Positions 40,190 through 51,378 of a stretch of DNA of 63,924 bases are shown here, one piece after another; the stretch's first letter is position 1; each line of letters starts with the position of its first letter. Origin of the DNA: Octopus bimaculoides (taxonomy: Eukaryota); NCBI RefSeq assembly GCF_001194135.2, contig NC_068985.1:57084866-57148789 (forward strand). The letters run 5' to 3'. The position numbers were made by a program, and so were the translations under genes. The notes below the pieces were generated by a model. The model saw only the letters and a program-made list of their open reading frames with translations, was not told where the DNA came from and did not search any database.

Positions 40190-40400
40190 ACATAGATGCC
40201 TAATGCATGAAATCACAACCATATATCGCAGTTGACAAATATTGTACTGGTCCGGCGTCTGAAAAGCCAGATGACGTGATTCAGCGTACCGCGCGTTTTC
40301 TCAGTCAGATATCCGCTCACCGCATACCAGGAAAATCTTGCTAAAATGATAGCGTCTTTTCAGTATCTGATGTCGCAAGTAGTAGATGTTAGAGCGCGAC
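40190..40400. promoter_or_regulatory. CpG-enriched, promoter-like unique sequence
   Basis: Local CpG cluster in an AT-rich background, a TGACGT (CRE/ATF half-site-like) motif at ~40272 and AAAATG at 40343-40348. Confidence 0.25.
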
Positions 40401-41624
40401 AACTACGGTGTTTTGTGCTACATTTTGTATTAATAAATTCCTCCCGACCCCAATTCGGTAGCACTCTATGTAAATGTATATATGGTTGTCTCAGGCTCAC
40501 TAATGTAAATAAATTTTACTTATTTCCTAATATTGCTTCACCTTATATGTTAGTGACTGCAAGGCAGAAAAACAAAAGCAGTCGTTTGATAAAAAGCAAC
40601 TATTTTACGCGTATTTAAACATACGAAAATTAAAGAAATCGAGAAAATTAATGAAATTAATGAAACATTCGAATAGTAATGAAATCGAGAAAACGTATTT
40701 CTAAGATCTTTCCAAAGCAATTAACGGTAATGCCAGATATGAAGTTTGAAACAGTAGAATGTTCAATGAAATTGAAATATATTATCGATGAAACAAAAAT
40801 AACGAACTTGAGCCTAATAAGAATAGGATTATTTTGAATAGGAATCATTAGTAGAGATTATTGTGTTTTGTGTTCCATATACGTGTGTTTCTCTTCATAA
40901 TTCAGAGTTGAAAATAATGATTCTATATTCGCGAAGATTGATACGTAATCAAGCTCAATTAGTAATTCTAGCAAAATAATTTCATATTTCAAAGAAAATA
41001 ATGGTTTGCGTAGGAATGGCTGTGTTGTTAGGGAGAACGCTTTGCAACCATAGAAGTTATATATATATATATATATATATATATATNNNNNNNNNNNNNN
41101 NNNNNNNNNNNNNNNNNNNNNNNNNNNNNNNNNNNNNNNNNNNNNNNNNNNNNNNNNNNNNNNNNNNNNNNNNNNNNNNNNNNNNNNNNNNNNNNNNNNN
41201 NNNNNNNNNNNNNNNNNNNNNNNNNNNNNNNNNNNNNNNNNNNNNNNNNNNNNNNNNNNNNNNNNNNNNNNNNNNNNNNNNNNNNNNNNNNNNNNNNNNN
41301 NNNNNNNNNNNNNNNNNNNNNNNNNNNNNNNNNNNNNNNNNNNNNNNNNNNNNNNNNNNNNNNNNNNNNNNNNNNNNNNNNNNNNNNNNNNNNNNNNNNN
41401 NNNNNNNNNNNNNNNNNNNNNNNNNNNNNNNNNNNNNNNNNNNNNNNNNNNNNNNNNNNNNNNNNNNNNNNNNNNNNNNNNNNNNNNNNNNNNNNNNNNN
41501 NNNNNNNNNNNNNNNNNNNNNNNNNNNNNNNNNNNNNNNNNNNNNNNNNNNNNNNNNNNNNNNNNNNNNNNNNNNNNNNNNNNNNNNNNNNNNNNNNATA
41601 TATATATATATATATATACATATA

Positions 41625-41768
41625 TACGACGGACTTCTTTCAGTTTCCGTCTCCCAAATCCACACACAAGGCTTTCGTTGGCCTGAGGCCATAGTAGAAG
41701 CCCAAGGTGCCACGCAGTGAGACTGAACCCAGAACCATGTGGTAGGTAAGCAAGCTACTTATCACAGA
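41625..41768 (-). mobile_element. tRNA-derived SINE family 4
   Basis: B-box-like GGGTTCAGTC on the minus strand. Shared with 24930-25085. Confidence 0.8.
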
Positions 41769-41820
41769 ATGCGGGATACGTTTGGAAGGTAGTGTGAGAA
41801 AAAGTGGACTGATAAACAGA

Positions 41821-42180
41821 GGACTGAGAAAAAATTTTGTACTGAAATTGAAACCGGTTAAGTGTTCGGTGTATTTAAAAAAAAATATAAATGGTATATA
41901 AAGTATATAATACAGTTCGAGAAGCTTCACTTTCCACGGCCGTTTCTAGACCTCATGTCCTAGTAGAAAAATTAATAAATCTGACAAAAGGATTTTAAAA
42001 TTGTTCTACCAGAAAATGAGCACCAGAAACGGCCGTTGAAAGGGAACATCCTCGAACTGTATTATATACGTTATATACCATTTATATTTAAAAAAAAAAA
42101 ACACACCGAATTCTATCGATCTTTTAATTGAAACTCTTAACCGCTCTTAATTTCAGTACAAAAAAATTTTCTTCAGTTCT
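41821..42180. repeat. Long hairpin / MITE-like palindrome with a 7-nt loop
   Basis: 41821-41982 pairs with 41990-42180 (about 30 nt extra in the right arm). Loop gacaaaa at 41983-41989. Confidence 0.85.
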
Positions 42181-43023
42181 TCTTTTTTCTCATACTTTCT
42201 CCCATACGTATCCCAGATGGGTTTTATTGACATGTATCTTATGTATATTTATATTTTATAAGTATTTAAAAAAATATTCACGTGACAATATATATTAATA
42301 TATGTATACGCATTTTAAGTCGAATTTATAAACTTATGGGTATGATTGTCTAATTTGAATTTATATCTTAATTCTTATCTTTTGTCTCGGGTTCGGGCCG
42401 AGCACTTCTTTTTAGCAGATCTATATATTCCGTAAGAAAGAACTGTAATATAATCAAAATAAGCAACAAGGAACAATGCAATCATTACATCAATTTAAAT
42501 TAAATTCTATGTCTTTGTGCTGTTGGGGATGGCCCTGCATTTTAAATTGATGTAATGATTGCATTGTTCAATTAAATGCAGTTGCATGAAACGATCGTGC
42601 TGCATTAACTCTGGATATATTGTTGCTTATTTTGATTTTAATCACTACTTTGAAATTGTTTGGATAATATCGTAATAAATTAGATCGGANNNNNNNNNNN
42701 NNNNNNNNNNNNNNNNNNNNNNNNNNNNNNNNNNNNNNNNNNNNNNNNNNNNNNNNNNNNNNNNNNNNNNNNNNNNNNNNNNNNNNNNNNNNNNNNNNNN
42801 NNNNNNNNNNNNNNNNNNNNNNNNNNNNNNNNNNNNNNNNNNNNNNNNNNNNNNNNNNNNNNNNNNNNNNNNNNNNNNNNNNNNNNNNNNNNNNNNNNNN
42901 NNNNNNNNNNNNNNNNNNNNNNNNNNNNNNNNNNNNNNNNNNNNNNNNNNNNNNNNTCTCTATTATATATATATATCAATTTAAATAAGAGCTATAACAC
43001 AATCTATTGTAAAAACCTTTTAA

Positions 43024-43105
43024 TGATCTATGAGCATTTCGATGCAATATCCCGACTCAATCCTGTATGTTATAAAATATGGAATATTGCATTTCCTCAG
43101 GGTCA
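43024..43105 (-). ncRNA. Type I hammerhead ribozyme (family E, left arm)
   Basis: TGACC, CTGAGGA, A ATGCAATATTCC/GGGATATTGCAT C (12-bp stem II), GAAA, TGCTCA, TA, cut, GATCA. AUA site at 43029/43028. Confidence 0.75.
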
Positions 43106-43140
43106 GATTTGATTAATTCATAGCAGACAGTAAAAAACTT

Positions 43141-43345
43141 AAATACAAAAATAAGGTGTATTCTTTAGAATGGTCAATTATAGGAAAACAGCTTCCTTAT
43201 GACAAGGGCAAAGATTTTTATTCCCTCTGTAATTTGGAATTGTATTTCATACTTTTTTCTAAGGGTGACCTAGTTAACAAAATCGCATATAGAGCTTTCA
43301 GATGTCTACATATGAATAAACATACGTTTTTATTTTATTAATCTA
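43141..43345 (+). pseudogene. Penelope-like ORF extreme C-terminus
   Basis: YSLEWSIIGKQLPYDKGKDFYSLCNLELYFILFSKGDLVNKIAYRAFRCLHMNKH matches the post-GIY-YIG pattern WSI..PY....C.LC..E.YFIL....LLN......C.H.NK. Confidence 0.7.
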
Positions 43346-44695
43346 ATTTGGAGAGGTTAGTTAACTACATACCTTGATATTACTTTAATTTGGTTTAGCT
43401 TTAACTACATACCGGGATGTTATATTAAATTTGTTTAGCTTTAATTTAATATAACCTTTTCATATTTGTACAATGGTAAGTTTGGTTCCTATTTTATTAA
43501 AATTCCCCTTATAATTCTTTCTATAGATGACATCGAAATTTTGTTTGACTGCTTGCTTCATCGTTTTAATCAATTCATTTATTTAATCTTATTACTAAGT
43601 TAATGTATAATTAAGATTTCGATGGTTGCTATTTGAGAGTAACCTAATTTAGTTTTACTTTGTAATTTATAATTTATAATCTCTTATTTATCTTGATTAC
43701 ATATCCTTTATTGCTCTCTAAAATATTGAAATTTTAAAAATCAATATAACAATTTGATAGGATTAATAACATTGACTGATTAATTTAGATTCTAAAAATA
43801 TATATTATTTTGCCAGATTTACCTCTCTTTGACCATGGAGGAAAAACAATTCTTTTATGTTAATTTTAAATTTATTTTTATTATAATATATTGCAGATAA
43901 CATTTTTTAAGTGAGTTGGGTTTTTGTTCTCAAGTATCTAATAAATTATTTGATATAATGGTGTCGTTTTCAGCTACCTACTTTACATCATAATAGTTAC
44001 TTAATTTTTAATTTATATTTATATGTGAGATAGTAACGATTATATCGTAATATTTGATTACTTTTTGCGTTATCGATTAAATCCTTCCTTCTTTTGATAT
44101 TATTTTTAATATTATATTTGAACCCCATTACTACGTTAATTTATTATAATTTTTCTTAAACTTTGATAGCTGCAATGTGAATGTAACCTAATTTATTTTA
44201 CTTGTTATTATTCATTATTTACAATTGATATTCTCTAATTTATCTTGTTTACATAACCATAAAAAGTCTCATTACTGATCTAAACTTTAAATGAAATATA
44301 ATTATTTGATATGATTATGTACATTTGAGTAGATTATATTTTACATAGGTATTATTTACTAGATTTACCTCTCTTTGACCATTAACTTACAAAAATATTT
44401 TTTTAAATAATATATAGCAGTTTATTTTCTTTCATCGTTTTATTTACTTTCAAAAGTCCAACGGTTTTTATTGAAATTTACATCGTCCCTTACTCGTTCG
44501 CTACTTAACATCCTAGGTTAATATCCTAACTTAACAACACTACTTACTTACTTTACTATGTAACGGTTTTCTTAACCGATATTGTATGTAGTGGCAATAT
44601 GTTTCATGTCATTTCAACCTGTTTATACACATGTAATTTAAGGACAACTATTAATGTTGTCTGTTTTTTACTGTCTGCTATCAATTAATCAAATC

Positions 44696-44765
44696 TGACC
44701 CTGAGGAGATACAATATTCCATATTTTATAACATACAAGAGTGAGTCAGGATATTGCATATGAGA
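44696..44765 (+). ncRNA. Degenerate hammerhead (family E, right arm)
   Basis: CTGAGGA 44701-44707 and stem II are retained. GAAA is mutated to GAGA and stem III is lost. Confidence 0.55.
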
Positions 44766-44831
44766 ATTTTGCTACGTTGATAATAGGCACAATATTGTTA
44801 CCGAATTTTTGGTAGAGATCTATAAATACAA

Positions 44832-44917
<86 letters not shown>

Positions 44918-45120
44918 TAAATTTACATTTGTAAATCTCCCAACGAGAGACGTTCAATAACAGTACTCTAGAGTAAGGATTATTTACCAATATAACGTGG
45001 CAGTCGAATGTGAGGGTAATTTAGCCACAGGAAACATCGTTTCTCGCTGGCTATTCGACACATCTGTGTCCTTATATTTTCGATCAAGTGAGTTTAGCAT
45101 CCCCACTCAACACAAAACAA

Positions 45121-45169
45121 TATCTGTGTATCGTGATTTCGGATTATTTCCCTTCATCAGCTAAGAATA
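45121..45169 (-). ncRNA. Hammerhead family F, copy 1
   Basis: CTGATGA AGGGAAATAATCC GAAA TCACGATA CACAGATA. Stem I 5' strand partly mutated. Confidence 0.65.
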
Positions 45170-45435
45170 ACTTTTTCGTTAGAGGTGGGACTGCTGAATT
45201 CTTGTTCGAAATACATAGTTGCTGATCTAATTAATTGGTAAGTTTGTATTTGTAAATCTCTAAACGATAGACAGCCAGTAACAATACTCTAGAGTAGAGA
45301 TTATTTGCCAACACGACGTCGCAGTCGAATGCTACTGTTACTTAGTCCAAGGAGTCATCGTCTCAAGCTGGCTATACGCCACACTACCTATATTTTCGAA
45401 CAAGGGAGTTTAGCATCCCCACTTAGGACGAAACA

Positions 45436-45486
45436 ATATCTGTGCATCATGATATCTGAGTTATTTCCCTTCATCAGCATAGAATA
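45436..45486 (-). ncRNA. Hammerhead family F, copy 2 (core mutated)
   Basis: TATTCTATG CTGATGA AGGGAAATAACTCA GATA TCATGATG CACAGATA. GAAA is mutated to GATA and the triplet is ATG. Confidence 0.55.
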
Positions 45487-45702
45487 ACTGTTCGGCTAGC
45501 GATAGCGCTGCTAAATTCTTGTTCGAAATATATAGTTTTCAAAGGGGGGTTAGCATCTGTACTCAGTACTAATCAATATCTGTGTATCGCGATTTCTGGG
45601 TTAGATCAGCGTTAGATTGCTGGGTTAGATCAGTGACTGTGTGTCACTTTGAAAACTATATTTCGAACAAGAATGTGATTGCCCCACCTTTAGCCGAACA
45701 GG

Positions 45703-45751
45703 TATTCTGTGCTGATGAAGGGAGATACCCCAGAAATCGCGATAGACAGAT
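45703..45751 (+). ncRNA. Hammerhead family F, inverted copy
   Basis: TATTCTGTG CTGATGA (45712-45718) A GGG AGATA CCC A GAAA (45732-45735), palindrome ATCGCGAT, A, cut after 45743, GACAGATA. Confidence 0.75.
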
Positions 45752-45903
45752 ATTGTTTTGTGATGATTGGGAATGCTAAACTCCCTTGTTCGAAATTATA
45801 AGGACACAGATAGTTTGTCATATAACCGATTGGAGACGATGTTTCCTGTGGCTAAATAACAGTAACTTTCAACTGCCACGAATATTTGGCAAATAGTCTT
45901 TAC

Positions 45904-46034
45904 CATACATACATACATACATACATACATACATACAAACATACATACATACATACATACATACATACATACATACATACATACATGCATACATACATAC
46001 ATACATACATACGTACATACATACATACATACAT
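45904..46034. repeat. (TACA)n microsatellite
   Basis: Tetranucleotide run. Confidence 0.95.
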
Positions 46035-46514
46035 AGTATGCCAAGTTATAAGAATAATATTATATTCAACTGAAGGATTGCTTAAATTTTGTAAAGTATA
46101 TATTAATTACTTTTCATCAACCGTAATATTGGAAGGGACACTGATGTTTCGGCCTGGTTAGCTGTAATGGAACTGTATTTTATTGTTGTTCATCTTAGCT
46201 TTATATAGTATATATGGATGGGTAGAGCTTCATCGAAGGATAATTATGTTGTGGTTAAACTGTGATGGAATATTTTTGTTGAACATATTTGAGCTGCTTT
46301 ATTGTTCATAATTTAGTCATATATGTACAACTTTGTAGTCAAGCTTTTCGATTTCGTTGATGAAAATTTATAAACACACACACTCAAACACATACACACG
46401 TACGCACCGACACACATACACTCTCACAAACAACGACATATATATTTACAAACATAGGTTTCAAACTTTACCTTCTTGAAACACAAATATTACATTTTCT
46501 ACATAACTCTTACT

Positions 46515-46720
46515 ACTTTAGGCACAAGGTCTGAAATTTGGAGGAAGGGGATACTCGTTTACATAGATCTCAGTGTGTAACTGGTACTTAATTTATCGGA
46601 CCCGAAAGGATGAAAGGCAAAATCGATCTCGGTGGAATTTGAACTTAGAACGTAGCAACGGGCGAAATACCGCTTAACTTTTCGTCAGCGTGCTAACGAC
46701 GTTGCCGGCTTGTCGCCTAA
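46515..46720 (-). mobile_element. SINE family 1 copy
   Basis: aactggtacttaatttatcg.acccgaaaggatgaaaggcaaa..ctcggtggaatttgaac, as at 23378-23501. Confidence 0.8.
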
Positions 46721-47559
46721 TAAAGAAATAACATCTATCACAATTATCTCATGAGAAATCTGTCTACCACCTAAATGTTACACCTACCCATATTCTTTTG
46801 TCAACGTGGCAACACGAGATAACAAATTTAGATACTAACAACAGCGTAATCTAAAGTTGACAGATGTAAATCCACGCACCAAGTCATAGTGCTTTATGTA
46901 CTCACCTGATAACCTACATCTTGCGAAAAGAAACACGATAAATCCTAAATAACAGCCACAACAAGTAAAGAAATCTGCTACTCACGTGGCTTTTCTACCT
47001 ACTTACATTCTTTCTGTACCCTTAAAAACTCCATGACTTAAAACTTCCACACCTAAATAAACACACCTAATTACAAATGTTTAAATGGAGGTCTGAAATC
47101 TCAACAATCAAGTCCACATTCCCAAAGCAAACAAAATTTAAATCTCCAATCTCTGTCTAAATAAGATCAATGTCTAGATCTTGTCACACATCTGTTGACC
47201 AATTACCCTTTTTATATATCTACATTATTTCGTGAACGCTTCAAAAAGAAAACCAAAAGACCTGAAGCTGACAGACCTAAAATGACACACGTGATTACAA
47301 TTTTCTACATGAATGACTGCGTTCTGTACAGTAAAAAAAAAATTAAAAATTTAAGTAATAACCTCTTCCACCACAACATGTCCTATAAACAAGTTATCAT
47401 TCAGGAGATCTTCACCTACACCAAAATGTACTGCAGTGTACCAGAGTCTGACAATAGCTTACAAGGCAGAAGAGTCGAAGTCACAGTCAATACAGTTCCT
47501 GTTAAAAAAATATGTGTGTGTGTGCGTGTATGCGTTAGTGCGTATGTGTGTCTTTATTT

Positions 47560-47755
47560 TTGTCTCTGCTTCACAACTTGTGCTGGTGTGCTTACGAGCC
47601 CGTTATTAAGCGCTTCCGCAAAAGAAAACTGTCCAATGAAGACCAGGTTTTCCAAAAAGTAAGTACTACTGTCGATTTGATCGATGAAACCTTCAAGTCG
47701 ATTTTCTATCAAGATCCCAGTCCAGTGGCTGGAACAAATAAAAGATAAAAGAAGA
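47560..47755 (+). mobile_element. Degenerate SINE 3' part
   Basis: Resembles 59850-60066 (gtactactgtcgatttg..ctggaacaaataaaagataaaag). Confidence 0.5.
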
Positions 47756-50069
47756 TATATTTGCCTGTAAAATGGATAAAATTTCTTTACTCCTTTTGGT
47801 GAGAGCTCGAAAGAAATATGTTAGTGAAAACCATGACAAATGTCTTAGAAATGCTTTGTCGTCATAGAAACCTCTCTGAATTCGTTCTGTCTATATCACT
47901 GTAAGAATTTCGAAAATTTAAAATTTCAAATATCAGTCATTGAATTATTGTTTCTCAGGTGAGGAAATACGATGTACTATTCATGCAGTGTTAATTATAT
48001 TATTTAGAAATTACATTGAGATAACCCGTATGGTTTAAGGTCACTGTAACCTTTACTTTTGAGTAGTTAGTAACATTTTCTGACATTGGAATGATGTTAG
48101 AGATTATAAAATTGGAATGAAATAAATCGATTCTTCAATATCATTAATAGTATGGACGTATTTTTCTGATTTAGATTCAGAAACTGAAGTGCTAGAATAT
48201 TATATTGCAAAGCAGTTTGATCGGAACCTTAGTTTGATATCATTTGCCTCATTAATGAAGGGTCGTTCAATCTACCGAAACCAGTCAAAATTGCCCTCAA
48301 ACTACAGCCGCACTGCTAACTATTTCTTATTTCATTAAAGATTTTAACACAGAAATCTGGAAAGTAACCAACTACTATAGAATAATTTCAGGGCGGCACC
48401 AACATTCCTGCCAGAAAATTGTCCTAACAAAACATTAATTATGTAATGGATGAAATATGTATGAATTGTGCAGTTAACTAAATTACTTGCATTATTCCAC
48501 ATACACTTGATATTTGTTCCAGCTTCTATGCACTTTAGTAATGCTGCCCAATGCAATTAAAATTAGCTAACTAACATGTCCAGCTCCAGCGATTAAATGG
48601 ATCTCAGATACATGTAATGTAGTATATACCCTACATATTGATTTCTTCATTTAATGTGAAATTATGATTCATTTCCATTCAGAAGGATTCTTACATGACA
48701 TCATTTTTAATATTTCTTGATATAGACTTAGATATACTAGTTAGCGTCTAGAAGAAATGGCATTCAATTAAGAAGTGAATCATACTCATTGAGAATATGT
48801 AACAACAGTCACGTAATCGAGTTGAAGAATTTCTTGTTCTCTTCATTCAATAATAAAACAGTGCCTGCCAAATACCATATGGCTATGATATAATATAATT
48901 CTATAACGCATAAAGTTATTCGAATCGGTGAGTGTACGTTTCATGTGAGGATATCAGCTAGCTTTCTCTGATAATTTGTACTAAATTGTGCCGAGTTCTA
49001 TAAAATGTCATGTTTGCATTCCATCTACAAGTGTGTGTATATATATATATATATATATNNNNNNNNNNNNNNNNNNNNNNNNNNNNNNNNNNNNNNNNNN
49101 NNNNNNNNNNNNNNNNNNNNNNNNNNNNNNNNNNNNNNNNNNNNNNNNNNNNNNNNNNNNNNNNNNNNNNNNNNNNNNNNNNNNNNNNNNNNNNNNNNNN
49201 NNNNNNNNNNNNNNNNNNNNNNNNNNNNNNNNNNNNNNNNNNNNNNNNNNNNNNNNNNNNNNNNNNNNNNNNNNNNNNNNNNNNNNNNNNNNNNNNNNNN
49301 NNNNNNNNNNNNNNNNNNNNNNNNNNNNNNNNNNNNNNNNNNNNNNNNNNNNNNNNNNNNNNNNNNNNNNNNNNNNNNNNNNNNNNNNNNNNNNNNNNNN
49401 NNNNNNNNNNNNNNNNNNNNNNNNNNNNNNNNNNNNNNNNNNNNNNNNNNNNNNNNNNNNNNNNNNNNNNNNNNNNNNNNNNNNNNNNNNNNNNNNNNNN
49501 NNNNNNNNNNNNNNNNNNNNNNNNNNNNNNNNNNNNNNNNNNNNNNNNNNNNNNNNNNNNNNNNNNNNNNNNNNNNNNNNNNNNNNNNNNNNNNNNNNNN
49601 NNNNNNNNNNNNNNNNNNNNNNNNNNNNNNNNNNNNNNNNNNNNNNNNNNNNNNNNNNNNNNNNNNNNNNNNNNNNNNNNNNNNNNNNNNNNNNNNNNNN
49701 NNNNNNNNNNNNNNNNNNNNNNNNNNNNNNNNNNNNNNNNNNNNNNNNNNNNNNNNNNNNNNNNNNNNNNNNNNNNNNNNNNNNNNNNNNNNNNNNNNNN
49801 NNNNNNNNNNNNNNNNNNNNNNNNNNNNNNNNNNNNNNNNNNNNNNNNNNNNNNNNNNNNNNNNNNNATATATATACACATATATATATTTATGTATATA
49901 TATATATATAGCTTTTGGGAAAAGAACCAAGGTTCATGAACTCATCGATGAAAATCCAATGAACTGATCGCTGAAAATTCAATGTCACATATAGAAAAAT
50001 TAATTAGTAAAAGCACAATAAATAATTATAATATAATACAAAGTAAATATCATAAGATAACGAAAATAA

Positions 50070-50182
50070 CACCACTACACGTGTTTCATAACAAAATTTT
50101 CAAATAGGAAAAAATATTTAAATCGATTAAAACTATGGAAAATCAATTCTATTCAAAAATATAGCTAATCCTCAGGTCAAAA
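50070..50182 (-). ncRNA. Type I hammerhead (family G), weak stem I
   Basis: TTTTGAC CTGAGGA (50175-50169), stem II TAGC/GTTA extended by ATTTTTGAATAG/CTATTTGAAAAT, GAAA (50087-50084), perfect palindrome ACACGTGT, GUA site at 50076/50075. Confidence 0.6.
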
Positions 50183-51180
50183 TACAACAATAATAATAAT
50201 AAAATTATGTATATATCAACCGACAATGAATAACAAATGAATGTATATAAAATACGTATTATATTAAGATAGAAAAATATTATTAAAAACATCAAAATTA
50301 TAAACGTTCCATAATTAATTTTACGTTTATTATAATATAAACTAACAGGAATAGTATATGCAAACACTAATTTTAACGAATCTTTCGTTTAAAATACAAT
50401 TTAAACGAAGTTTTAGGATAAATTAATAACGATATAAGTAACACTTATCTAAACGCTGCTATAGTTTAAACTAAAATATTTTAGACTAAAACGTTTATAA
50501 GAAAGAAGTCTCGTTAAAATATTGCGTAAAGAGAAAGAATGGAATAAATAGATATAAAAACATGAATGAAAATTCTATTATGAATGGAAGGTTATACTTT
50601 ATATAACTTAAATCATAATAAAACAATTAGCTATAATGTATAATCAAAGAAATTAAATAAAATGACTACTTATTTATCCCATAAAACAAAAAGAAATATT
50701 AGACAGTATTAATGGAAAAAATTCAGCCCTAATCTAATCGAAGTCTTGTACTATCAGTTTATTGTTAAAAAATGTATCGACTAAAATTATCACAAAAAAT
50801 CATTTGAATTAATATAAAAGTACATATTTTTTTCAAACAATGATATAAAGTTATTTTAGTTTAAACTATAGCAGCGTTTAGATAAGTGTTACTTCTATCT
50901 TTATTATTTTAACCTAAAACTTCGTTTAAATTGTATTTTAAACGAAAGATTCGTTAAAATTAGTTTCTGCTTATAATATTCCTGTTAGCTTATATTATAA
51001 TAAACGTAAAGTTAATTATGGAACGTTTATAATTTTGCTATTTTTAAAAATATCTTTCTATCTTAATATAATTATAATAAGTATTTTATATACATTCATT
51101 TGTTATTTATTGTTGGTTGATATATACATAATTTTATTATTATTATTGATGTATTTTGACCTGAAGATTAGCTATATTTT
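50070..51180. mobile_element. Fold-back element with ~320-bp inverted arms (50156-50480 vs 50851-51180) and outward-facing hammerheads
   Basis: The arms are reverse complements, and the ORF track shows near-identical peptides at 50149-50367(-) and 51035-51280(+). Confidence 0.88.
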
Positions 51181-51207
51181 ATTACTAATTGACGATTCCC
51201 TGCCCTA

Positions 51208-51283
<76 letters not shown>

Positions 51284-51312
51284 CGTCAGGGAATCCTCAA
51301 TTAGTAATAAAA
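51177..51312. repeat. 26-bp inverted repeat enclosing (CT)n(AT)n
   Basis: ttttattactaattgacgattccctg vs cagggaatcctcaattagtaataaaa. Confidence 0.85.
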
Positions 51313-51378
51313 TTAATAATTAACAATTTTGCCGAATAGCTCAGTATGAAAAAACCTCTATCGGCAAAACCATTTATA

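Larger units (their letters stand above)
43024..44765 (+). mobile_element. 5'-truncated Penelope-like element with inverted hammerhead-bearing terminal repeat
   Basis: Inverted arms 43042-43138 vs 44664-44759, a PLE ORF C-terminus at 43141-43345, and an internal degenerate ~550-bp duplication (43620/44185, 43810/44358). Confidence 0.75.
44921..45903. repeat. ~320-nt hammerhead-containing repeat: two tandem copies, a partial third copy and an inverted copy (retrozyme-like)
   Basis: atttgtaaatctc at 44927 and 45248, and tcatcag at 45154 and 45471. Partial unit at 45545-45635, inverted unit at 45650-45903. Confidence 0.85.

Noticed and set aside
40620-40700. Short repeated gaaatcgagaaaa / aatgaaa motifs
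   Set aside because: Low-complexity local duplication with no further structure.
44921-45903. CRISPR-like or satellite interpretation of the array
   Set aside because: The units are ~320 nt and homologous throughout, with no unique spacers, and the context is eukaryotic.
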